Below are positions 24,535 to 36,000 of a stretch of DNA of 64,000 bases, piece by piece; the first letter of the stretch is position 1, and every line of letters starts with the position of its first letter. Below the pieces are notes generated by a model. That model had not been told where the DNA came from. It did not search any database and was given only the letters and a program-made list of their open reading frames with translations. The stretch covers positions 2,046,001 through 2,110,000 of the forward strand of contig NC_082722.1 in NCBI RefSeq assembly GCF_030144855.1. The letters run 5' to 3'. The stretch is from Hypanus sabinus. Lineage: Eukaryota. A program made the position numbers and the translations under genes.

Positions 24535-26153
24535 CTAGAAACAAAATGTTTTGTTTTTTTTAGCAACACAAAGCCTTTAACAAATTTGAAGCAAATTACT
24601 TTGCAGCATCAAATAATCTTCATGGAATGACAATTGTCTTTCAGTCTTCTTCTGCAACAAGTTTAGAACTTTTCATTTAAATAGTTAACTTGGTTTCTCT
24701 ATGAGAGTCATTCCCTCTAGAACCGAGTTGCCTTTCTTTTAAATTTGATTGTTGAATGCTTTGTTTTCATGGGTCACGCAAATTGTACATCTCTTGCTAT
24801 TTCTCGATCTTGCGCAACTAAAGGAGAGGTACAGTAGTTACAGAGAAAATGAATGAAACGCTGAGTTTCATGTACCAAAGTTCAGATCCAAAGCATTAAA
24901 TTGAAAGTTACATTGTCCTGTTTTCGATTATAATTCGGTGACCCAATTGAAGAAGTTTTCTTCTTTATAACAGTTTAGCCAGACAATTTGAAAATTACAC
25001 ATTCCCTGGTTGTTAATTTGAGTAGGTAACCTGTGGACAAGGTTTATTCATAAATAAATTGAGATGAGGAACACGGTCGAGTACGAGGAAATGCTTAAAA
25101 TAACGCAAATCTGATCCAAGCGGGACCCTGCTCTTTAGAATCATGTTTATCAAAGAGAGAAAAAAAAGTTCTGAAATTCGAAAACAATTGACCCAACCAA
25201 AAATACCTCCACAGATATTCTTCGGACTATGTGGAAGGTCCAAAGCCCTTTCAAATAGTATTTCTATCATGAATTAGTCATTGTTCAGCCCCATTTACAA
25301 TAGTTCACGCAGGATGCGAACTTGAGATGCAAAGACTCAAGTAAATTTGCGCCCAAAATCCTCGCTCTCTATGAGTGATCGTACCGTCGTTTCCCATTCT
25401 GAATCTAAAACCCCGGGCGGAACGGAAGGCTCATTCCAAAGAGTGATCCATGTAATAAAGTTGATCGAGCATCATTGCATTGTCAATCATTCAGTCTTTC
25501 AAGTCCCAGCAATTTCCAGCGAAAAAATAGGAGTGTGATCAGAGCATATAAAATATGTGGCAGCAATGAAGCCGGTCCAGGAAGAATGCAAACACACGAG
25601 GAAAGAAGCGCTGTTTTGTGAGATGATTTCAGAACTCTGGATGGGAATGGAATGGAATTATGTGAGACTGAGATAGGCCGGTGGCCATTATCTCGTTTTC
25701 TTTCCTGTGGCAGGTAAGTCCAGAAGGAAAAGGCACTTTGTAAGGGCGGTAATTTAGAAACTTTATGGGTTCGTTTTTGTCCCACGTAGGGGCTGGCGCC
25801 ACAGCACGTAAATTGCACAGAAACTTGCTGGGAAGGCTGCGGCGATTAGGAGCCGAAATCAGGCAAATCAAATTCAGCTGGGACCGGTTCTTTGTGTGAC
25901 ACGTCTACGATTCCGTCATTCTATGCACTATAATAAATAAATAAATAAATAGTCTCGGAGCCGCTAGCATATTCGGCACCATAAATAGAACCTCTTTTCA
26001 TGGATTACTAAATCAGCTCGGCGAAGACAACAACACTGGTGTCCCCAGTAATGCCCAAATCCATTGGATAGAAAAAACACAATACATTTTATACAAGGAG
26101 AGAAAGCGAATGGGACGGACAGACCTCGCCTCGCCTGGTCGTCTGGAACTCAC

Positions 26154-26462
26154 CGTAAACCGTTAGTTTTGTACCTGTCCCATTTGTGACCGTGGCGTGT
26201 GTCAGCGTACAGAAATAAACCCCGGCGTCCTCTGCCGTCACTGCATTGATCTGTAAAATGGCACCTCCCTTGGGAAGGAAAGAGGAATATATTCTTCTGT
26301 CTGTTCCTTCGTCCAGGAATCTGTCTTCCCCGTCTCTCTACCAATGTATTCTCACATATTTAGCGGACAAAATTGGATAAATGCAATAAAGTTTTGCCGT
26401 GTGACCTCTCGTCACTGTAACGTCAGGAACTTGCCTCAAGGTGAACGCGCAATTACTTTTGG
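26154..26462 (-). CDS. Exon 2: V-set Ig domain with joined J-like segment; contains an in-frame TAG
   Basis: Acceptor ttcccaacag and donor G|GTGAG flank a 309-nt exon. Translation: AKSNCAFTLRQVPDVTVTRGHTAKLYCIYPILSAKYVRIHW*RDGEDRFLDEGTDRRIYSSFLPKGGAILQINAVTAEDAGVYFCTLTHATVTNGTGTKLTVY. It has the B-strand Cys, C-strand Trp, DAGVYFC and GTGTKLTV. Confidence 0.93.
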
Positions 26463-26659
26463 CTGTTGGGAAAGCATTAAACACAAAATCAAACATTAGT
26501 CCGAATGATACACGGAGTATTACGCAAATCATATGAAATTAACTTCCAACGAAAAACAAAAAAACTACAGCTACATTGATAGCAAATAACAAATCAAATG
26601 CAATATTAGATATTAATCAGTTAAATATAAAAAAAGATTGTAGCGAGAGAAAAGTATAC

Positions 26660-26705
26660 CGGTGCAGCTGACTTGCAGGATGATCAATGGCAGCAAGATC
26701 CTCAT
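26660..26705 (-). CDS. Exon 1: signal peptide MRILLPLIILQVSCT + phase-1 G
   Basis: ATG is at 26705-26703, followed by a hydrophobic core and the donor G|GTATAC. It splices in frame onto the V exon (...VSCT-A-KSNCAFTLRQ). Confidence 0.85.
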
Positions 26706-27299
26706 TATCTTACAGCACAAAACTGAGAGGAACAGTTGAATGAACTAAGTGACAAATCAAAAGCGAGAGGAGTGCTGCGATTAAGGTGTCCAGTGGGTGT
26801 GTCAGGGCCTCAAATCTGCCACATATTAAATACATCTCTATACAACGACACACATCAAGGGTTGTTACTGGTCACTCACGCATCTCTCAAGGATGCGCAA
26901 AAATGACATATGAATGTGTTTCTCCTGTAGCTACATTTTGTCATTGAGCAACGTTCCCGTTGTGAATATCCTGTCCGAAAGGGCTAATTACACTGGACGG
27001 GATTTTTTGTCGAAGGTGTTACTTGCTCGGATTTTTTTTCTTTTTTTTTGGTTCTTTTAAGAGACTCCTGGATGGATACATGGAGCTCAGCAAATAGAGG
27101 AAATAGAGGGCCACAAGTAAGCCTAGGTAGTTCTAAGGTAAGGACGTGTTCGGCACAGCTTTGTGGACCCAAGGGCCAATCTTATGCTGTGGGGTTGCTC
27201 TGTTTCTGTGATGGACTGCTAGAAGGTGAACACAAATTTAATTTCAGTCTACTTGTATCACGTAGGTATTTGGGGGAGCAGGAAATTAACTTTAATTGC

Positions 27300-28370
27300 T
27301 TATAATGCTTTTAATTGCATGACGGTGCTAACACTTGTCATAGTTGAACTAAGCTAAGATGGTTTGTTAATGATTTTTCTTTGTACTCAGTGTCTGAGGC
27401 TTCTCGCATAAGCATCTAACAATAGTCAGCTAGCATTGCTGGACGCTCGTTGCCCTGATACAGTTTCTCCATGACTGCAATGACTGGTCACCATGCTCGA
27501 CGTTGACAGCCACAAGATTTGCAGTGAAGCCGACTGAATGGGAATGCAGAAAATGAATCTTTAGTGACATGTTGTACGCCGTGGTTATGAATGCCTGAAG
27601 CATGTTGTTAACCAGTTGCACGTAGATTGGTGTTCTATAGTTGCCAAGAAAAAGAATCAACTACATTTTTAAATGCTTTCCGTGAGATTTTCTCCGGTAC
27701 CAATGGAATTTCTTCGAATTATCCGTCATGATGACTGTTTAATTTATGGAACAACAAAAATGCCTTCCTTAAGCTTTGTATCAGTTTTTCTGAGAAACAT
27801 CTGCTTGAAACCTATTAAACCACACTGAAATACCGAAATCCTTCACAGAGAGTTTGTGCCTGCTAACGGCAGATTCCATCTTTGCAGTCTTGAACGTAGT
27901 AATTTTGCTTTTTGCTTTGACAAAAACGAAGCGCCTGATCAGGTCATTTAACTCAGATCGAGTTATGAGATGAGGCTCTCTCGACATAAAGTGTTCAAAG
28001 TCTGTATCAATATCAGTGCCGTTTTCCATTCCTTGTTCATTCATCATGGCATCTTCGTCTGTGTCCCCTAGACTCTATGTCTCTAGTGGCTTCAGTATTT
28101 GAAGAAAATCATCATGTTGTACATCTACCATGGTCGAAGGGAGTTTAGGATACTCAAAGAATTTATTGTCTTTGCCAGAGAAACTTAACACACTGGTCAG
28201 ACAAAAGTAGCATTCTGTCACATGATCCCACTGTTCTTGCCACATCAACCGGACAACGAATGCATTGACTTAGGAGTCCCTCTGAGCCAAGCTCTAAGAT
28301 CGACAGCACATATTGTGAAACAATGTGTGGAACCCAGACTTCGTCATCATCGCTAATTTACCATCAAAAG
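27300..28370 (-). mobile_element. Chapaev3-like (CMC) DNA transposase relic, internally deleted; ends approximate
   Basis: Minus-strand motifs in order are WQEQWDHVTECYFC, EPHLITRSELNDL, FLGNYRTP...NMSLKIHFLHSH, AVNVEHG and IAVMEKLYQGN...MLADYC. Confidence 0.7.
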
Positions 28371-28404
28371 TAGTTCATAGGCCTCCTTAATAAGAGGGGT
28401 CCAT

Positions 28405-29565
28405 ATAACCATATAACAATTACAGCACAGAAACAGGCCATCTCCGCCCTTCTAGCCCATGCCAAACGCTTACTCTCACATAGTCCCACCGACCTACACT
28501 CAGCCCATAACTCTCCATTGCTTTCCTGTCCATATACCTATCCAATTTTACTTTAAATGACAATACCGAACCTGCCCCTACCACTTCTACTGGAAGCTCG
28601 TTCCACACAGCTACCAGTCTCTGAGAAAAGAAATTCCCCCTTGTGTTACCCTTAAACTCTCAAGTCATGTACTCTTGTTTGAATCACCCCTACACCCAAT
28701 GGAAAAAGCCTATCCACGTCAACTCTATTTATCCCCCTCATAATTTTAAATACCTCTATCAAGTCCCCCCTCCACCTTCTAAGCTCCAAAGAATAAAGAC
28801 CTAACTTGTTCAACCTTTCCCTGTAACTTAGGTGCTGAAACCCAGGTAACATTCTAGTAAATCTTCTCTGTACTCTCTCTATTTTGTTGACAGCTTTCCT
28901 ATAATTTGGTGTCCAGAACTGTACACAATACTGCAAATTTGAGCTTACCAATGCCTTGTACAATTTTAGCATTACATCTCAACTCCTATACTCAATGTTC
29001 GGATTTATAAAGGCCAACGTACCAAAAGTTTCTTCACCACCATATCGACATGAGATTCCACCTTCAGAGAACTATGCACAATTCTTCCTAGATCACTCTG
29101 TTCTACTGCATTCTTCAGTGCCCTACCATTTACCATGTATGTCCTATTTGGATTATTCCTACCAAAGTGTATCACCTCGCACTTATCAGCATTAAACTCC
29201 ATCTGCCATCGTTCAGCCCACTCTACTAACTGGTCTAAATCTCTCTGAAAGCTTTGAAAACCTACTTCATTATCCCCAACGCCACCTACCTTAGTATCAT
29301 CTGCAAACTTACTAATCAAATTTACCACCCCATCATCCAGATCATTAATGTATATGACAAACAAAATTGGACCCAGTACAGATCCCTGAGGCACACTATT
29401 AGTCACCGGCCTCCAATCTGATAAACAGTTATCCACCACTACTCTCTGGCATCTCCCATCCAGCCACTGTTGAAGCCATTTTACTACTTCAATATTAATA
29501 CCTAACGATTGAACCTTCCTAACTAACCTTCCGTGTGGAACCTTGTCAAAGGCCTTACTGAAGTC
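28405..29565 (-). mobile_element. 5'-truncated CR1 LINE
   Basis: It has a (CCATATAA)n tail and RT motifs [20 protein letters not shown] and FADDTK. Confidence 0.9.
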
Positions 29566-32500
29566 ATATAACATATAACAATCACAGCACGGAAACAGGC
29601 CATCTCGGCCCTTCCAGTCCGTGCCGAACTCTTAATCTCACCTAGTCCCACCTACCCGCACTCAGCCCATAACCCTCCACTCCTTTCCTGTCCATATACC
29701 TATCCAATTTTACCTTAAATGACACAACTGAATTGGCCTCTACTACTTCTACAGGAAGCTCATTTCACACAGCTATCACTCTCTGAGTAAAGAAATACCC
29801 CCTCGTGTTTCCCTTAAACTTCTGCCCCCTAACTCTCAAGTCATGTCCTCTCGTTTGAATCTCCCCTGCTCTCAATGGAAACAGCCTATTCACGTCAACT
29901 CTATCCATCCCTCTCAAAATTTTAAATACCTCGATCAAATCCCCCCTCAACATTCTACGCTCCAATGAATAGAGACCTAACTTGTTCAACCTTTCTCTGT
30001 AACTTAAGTGCTGAAGCCCAGGTAACATCCCAGTAAATCGTCTCTGCACTCTCTAATTTATTGATATCTTTCCTATAATTCGGTGACCAGAACTGTACAC
30101 AATATTCCAAATTTGGCCTTACCAATGCCTTGTACAATTTTAACATTACATCCCAACTTCTGTACTCAATGCTCTGATTTATAAAGGCCAGCGTTCCAAA
30201 AGCCTTCTTCACCACCCTATCTACATGAGACTCCACCTTTAGGGAACTATGCACTGTTATTCCTAGATCTCTCTGTTCCACTGCATTCCTCAATGCCCTA
30301 CCATTTACACTGTATGTTCTATTTGGATTATTCCTGCCAAAATGTAGAACCTCACACTTCTCAACATTAAACTCCATCTGCCAACGTTCAGCCCATTCTT
30401 CTAACCGGCATAAATCTCCCTGCAAGCTTTGAAAACCCACCTCATTATCCACAACACCTCCAACCTTAGTATCATCGGCATACTTACTAATCCAATTTAC
30501 CACCCCATCATCCAGATCATTTATGTATATTACAAACAACATTGGACCCAAATCAGATCCCTGAGGCACCCCGCTAGTCACTGGCCTCCATCCCGATAAA
30601 CAATTATCCACCACTACTCTCTGGCATCTCCCATCTAGTCACTGTTGAATCCATTTTATTACTCCAGCATTAATACCTAACGACTGAACCTTCTTAACTA
30701 ACCTTCCATGTGGAACTTTGTCAAAGGCCTTGCTGAAATCCATATAGACTACATCCACTGCCTTACCCTCGTCAACATTCCTCGTAACTTCTTCAAAAAA
30801 TTCAATAAGGTTTGTCAAACATGACCCTCCACACACAAATCCATGCTGGCTACTCCTAATTAGATCCTGTCTATCCAGATAATTATAGATACTATCTGTA
30901 AGAATACTTTCCATTAATTTACCCACCACTGATGTCAAACTGACAGGTCTATAATTGCTAGGCTTACTTCTAGAACCCTTTTTAAACAATGGAACCACAT
31001 GAGCAATACGCCAATCCTCCGGCACAATCCCCGTTTCTCCGTCAGAGCTCCTGCTATCTCTACACAAACTTCCCTCAAGGTCCTGGGGAAATCCTGTCAG
31101 GATCTGGAGATTTATCCACTTTTATATTCCTTAAAAGTGCCATTACTTCCTCCTCTTTAATCGTAATAGTTTCCATAACTTCCCTACTTGTTTCCCTTAC
31201 CTTACACAATTCAATATCCTTCTCCTTAGTGAATACCGAAGAAATTGTTCAAAATCTCCCCCATCTCTTCTGGCTCCATACATAGCTGTCCACTCTGATT
31301 CTCTAAGGGACCAATTTTATCCCTCACTATCCTTTTGTTATTAATATAACTGTAGAAACCCTTTGGATTTATTTTCTCCTCACTTACCATAACAACCTCA
31401 TATTTTCTTTTAGCTTTTCTAATATCTTTCTTTAGATTCTTTTTAAATTCTTTATATTCCTCAAGCACCTCATTTACTCCATGCTGCCTATATTTATTGT
31501 AGATCTCTCTCTTTTTCCGAACCAAGTTTCCAATAACCCTTGAAAACCATGGCTCTCTCAAACTTTTAAACTTTCCTTTCAACCTAACAGGAACATAAGG
31601 ATTCTGTACCCTCAAAATTTCACCTTTAAATGACCTCCATTTCTCTATTACATCCTTCCCATAAAACAAATTGTCCCAATCCACTCTTTCTAAATCCTTT
31701 CCTATCTCCTCAAAGTTAGCCTTTCTCCAATCAAAAATCTCAACCCTGGGTCCAGACTTATCCTTCTCCATAATTATATTGAAACTAATGGCATTGTGAT
31801 CACTGGACCCGAAGTGCTCCCCAACACATACCTCCATCACCTGACCTATCTCATTCCCAGAACAGAAGATCCAACAATGCCCCTTCTCTAGTTGATATCT
31901 CTATGTATTGCTGCAAAAAACTATCCTGCACATGCACACATTTTACAAACTCCAACCATCTATTCCTTTTACAGTATGGGCTTCCCAGTCTACGTGTGGA
32001 AAATTAAAATCACCCACAACCACAACCCTGTGCTTACTACAAATATCTGCTATCTCCTTGCAAATTTGCTCCACCAATTCTCACTCCCCATTAGGTGTTC
32101 TATAATACACCCCTATAAGTGTTAATACACCTTTCCCATTCCTCAATTCCACCTAAATAGTCTCCCTAGACAAGCCCTGTAATCTATCCTGCTAGAGCAC
32201 CGCTGTAATATTTTCTCTGACCTCCCCCTCTTGTCCCTCCGATTCTATCACATCTGAAGCAACGAAATCCAGGAATATTTAGTTACCAATCACATCCCCT
32301 CCTGCAACCATGTTTCACTAATAGCTACATCATCATATTTCCAGGTATCAATCCATGCTCTAAGCTCATCCACCTTTCTTACAATGCTCCTAGCATTAAA
32401 ATAAATACACTTAAGAAATTCTCCACCTCTTCCTCGCTGTTTATCTCTAACAGTACAAAGAACTTTACTGTCTTATTTTTCTTCCTTCTCCCATATACCT

Positions 32501-33800
32501 GCTCCTACACTCTGGTTCCCCTTCCCCGTTTCATCTAGTTTTAATCCACTGGAGCCTCTCTAGCAAACCTACCTGCAAGAATATTTGTCCCCCTCCAGTT
32601 CAGATGTAAACCGTCCCGCTGGAACAGATCCCACCTTCCCTGGAAATCTGCCCAATTATCTATAAATCTGCAGCCCTCCCTCCTGCACCATGTCTTCAGC
32701 TACGTGTTGATCTGCACTATCTCACTATTTCTAAACCCACCTGCACGTGGCACTGGTAGCAATCCTGAGATTGCTATCCTGGAGGTCCTGTCCTTTAACT
32801 TGGCACGTAGCTCCCTAAACTCATATTTCAGGACCTCCTCACTCTTCCTACCCACGTCATTGGTCCCTACATGGACCACGACATCCGGCTGCTCACCCTC
32901 CCTCAAGAGAATACTGAGAACTCGATCCGAGACATCGTGGACCCTGGCACCAGGGAGGCAACAGACCATCCGGGATTTTCGATCTCTGCCACGGAATCTC
33001 CTATCTGTCCCCCTAACTATCAAATCCCCTATCACTACTGCTCTCTTCTTTTCCCTCCTTCCCTTCTAAGCTGAGGGTCCAGTCTCGGTGCCAGAGATGC
33101 AACCACTGCAGCTTGTCCCTGGTAGGTCGTCCCCACCAATAGTATCCAAAACGTTATACTTATTCTTGATGGGAACGGCCACAGGGGTGCTCTGCTTCTC
33201 CTGTCTATTCCACTTTTCTCTCCTGACAGGCACCCAACTACCCGTCTCCGGACTCCTAGGGGTGACTATCTCCTGGAAACTCCTGTCTATTTCTGCCTCT
33301 GCCTCCCGAATGATCCGAAGTTCATCCAGCTCCAGCTCCAGTTCCCTAACACGGTTTGTCAGGAGCTGCAGCTGGATGCACTTTTTACAGGTGTAGTCAC
33401 TAGGGACAACAGTGCTCGCCCTGACTTCCCACATACTGCAAACGGAACACCTAACTGCTGCCTCCATTACCTACTCCTAAGCTAATTAGATTAATTAAAG
33501 TAGCTTACCCGGCTTTACCTCACCTAAAGTGAAGCTCGTATTCAGCCTCTGCTTCCTTTTTAAATTCCGCTGATCTCAGAGGCCGACTTTTACACACTTG
33601 CGCAAGTCGTGCCCTGTTCAACCTCGCCTCTGCCTGTTCTCGCCGAAGCCTAATTAAGCCAAAGCCGTCCCACTCTGCCTCAGTCCACTCCGGCAATGAC
33701 CGCTATGACGATGGCCGCTCTATATGGCGGTCTTTCTTTTAAACCTTTGGCGCGCTGCGTCACGCACCTGCGCCGTCTCTTTCTCTCCGAGTCGGTCGCC
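29566..33800 (-). mobile_element. Near full-length CR1 LINE with Zn-finger/SGNH-esterase ORF1 and EN-RT ORF2, disrupted
   Basis: ORF1 is at 33467-32700 (CSVCSMW...CKKC, GDLIVRG, VVVHVGTND). ORF2 pieces lie at 31840-31226, 31067-30639 and 30614-29765. The tail is at 29566. Confidence 0.9.
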
Positions 33801-34189
33801 GTCTTTGAGATTTCAGTGTAACGTCGCCACAAATATAACAGAAAGTTTGCGGCTGTTGAATCTCTGGCGATAAATTTTGCTATAACAAAAACTCCTGAAA
33901 ATACAATTACTTTATTATAATATACACACAGGTGATAGACACATCAACGTGTTCGCAAACAGATATAAATGTAAATGCAATACATCGAACGGCGTGTGCG
34001 TGATGCGTGTATAGACGTTCTAAAACCTGTGTAAGCATGTGCAGGTATGCCTGGACAAGACAGAAGTTTTCTGCTTACATTGTGGAAAACATTTAATTGA
34101 CTTGAATTATCAATTGAAATAACAAATATGGGCGATTTCAAGCGGTATTAATTATCAGCACCCCAATATCCATAAGATTCACCCAAACG

Positions 34190-34255
34190 TATTCTCTCTC
34201 TCTCTCCCTCTCCCTCCCTCTCCCTCTCCCTCTCCCTCTCCCTCTCCCTCTCTCA
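34190..34255. repeat. (CTCTCC)n / CT microsatellite
   Basis: Read directly from the sequence. Confidence 0.95.
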
Positions 34256-34406
34256 TTTGAATATTGTATGGCAGATGAAATTGCCTTGCAGAAAACAGGA
34301 TCCAGTATATGACATTGAAAGAATTTCGAAATCAATGTTTCATTGAACGAGCTGGCTGCATTTCGGATGATGGAAAAGCAGCCATTATAGGAAAGAATTA
34401 AAATCT

Positions 34407-35030
34407 ATACTGGGTGGTCATTTATTAGATACGTCCTGTACCTAATAAAGAGGATGTTGAGTGAATGTTCGTAGCCGTATACTGCCGTGGTCCACCCACT
34501 TCAATGTTCAGCGTGTTGTGCCGTTAGGGATGTACCTCTCTGTTGTAACTCATGGTTACTGTCACCTTTCTGTCAGTTCCAAACACGCTGGTCATTCTCC
34601 TCTGGCGTCTCTCATTTTTTAGACATAGGAGCAGAATTAGATCATTTGACCCACCGAATTTGCTCCGTCATAGCTTATTCATTTTCAACTAGCCTCATTT
34701 CACAAGGCGTTTTTTTGCCCACATCATTCCACTCAGTTAATATTTGTTTCCACGCACATGTCTCTATAAATTCAAGGGACTGTTGTGCGTGAAAATCCCA
34801 GAAGACCAACAGTTTCTGTGATGCTAGTCCAATACCAACAATCATTCCACGATCAAAATCACTTCCATCACAATACGTCATGTTTTCTCTTGCCTGGTCT
34901 TGACAACCGTACCTCTTCACCATGTGTGCATGTCTTTCTGCATTGGGTTCCTGCCGCATGATTGACTGGTTAGGTATTTGTTTAAACGAGCAGGTATTCT
35001 CGTGTTCTGATAAAGAGATTACTGGGTGTA
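34407..35030. mobile_element. Non-autonomous Tc1/mariner-like element
   Basis: The ends are degenerate TIR-like (tactgggtggtcatttattagatac and ataaagagattactgggtgta). The minus strand contains SDFDRGMIVG, like the Tc1 transposase N-terminus. Confidence 0.6.
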
Positions 35031-36000
35031 CGCTGCTGCACTGGAAAGAGTAATGAGTATCAGCAGATTTTCAGAGGGAAGGAAAAGCGAGTCAAGACAA
35101 CTGTAGAGGGAAGAATAATATTGAATGTTGAAGAAATGTTACTATCAACGATAGATATTGTGAAGGGGATTCCAGTGAACACATTTATTGGCTTCAGAGG
35201 CAGTAACTACAACTCCCTGACCTTTACCATTGCTGGCACAGGGACAGGAGCAGGCGGCTCTGATGTAGTATTTAAATTCTGGTGCTATTAGGCTGGAACC
35301 TGAGGGTGTTAATTGGGACCACATTTGCTTAAGGAAATGTGCAATGGAAATATGGGGGCTATTTAAGGAGCACATGGATGAGGATCAGGATATGGATGGA
35401 AAGCTGGTAGGGTGGAGGATTCCTGGATGCCAAGTGATATAGACCATCATGACCGGAAGCAATAGGCCTATTACCGGTTTAGACAGAGCTTTTACAAGGC
35501 AGCCAACAAGGAGCTCAAAATGCAGTCTCTTCTGTGCAGCTCATGGAGTAAGACGCTTGTTGGCCCTATTCCTTTTACAACCTACTTTCCATTTGTTTAA
35601 ACCTTGAAGATTCATTACTTTTAGTGAATGATTTATTATTTAATTACGATGGCTGGAACCCGAACTGCAAAGGAATTAAGACGTGGCAAAATTGTTTCTG
35701 AAACTGAACAAACCGAAATAGCAAAGGAGACAGAGGAAGTCTTTACTCCAGAAAGAATGTTTTCTTTAATACCAGAGTTGGAATGGAGAACTCTAAAATT
35801 GATAAACTGACGAATGCTAATGAAAAGTTTTTTTTTAAAAAACTGTCCCTGCTGTCCAGGAATCATTGAGGAAACTGGAATCTCAGTATCAAACACTTAA
35901 AATGGATATCAATAGAATCGGAGGACAACAGGAGACAATACATCAAGTGATTAAAGAACTGGAATTAAAGATCTCTACCATGGAAAAGAGAATTGTTGAG

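Larger units (their letters stand above)
20932..26705 (-). pseudogene. Non-rearranging VJ-C1-TM immunoglobulin-superfamily receptor gene with a premature stop in the V exon (last exon tentative)
   Basis: Four well-supported exons join in frame in phase 1 with GT-AG sites: leader 26660-26705, V 26154-26462, C1 24232-24534, TM 21182-21280. There is a single TAG at 26338-26340. Confidence 0.85.

Noticed and set aside
26164-26201. RSS-like pattern at the V/J boundary (CACACGC, 22-nt spacer, ACAAAACTA)
   Set aside because: The heptamer matches only 4/7 and the nonamer 6/9. It lies inside the coding J-like segment, where GTKL codons produce ACAAAACT anyway. It is not evidence of rearrangement.
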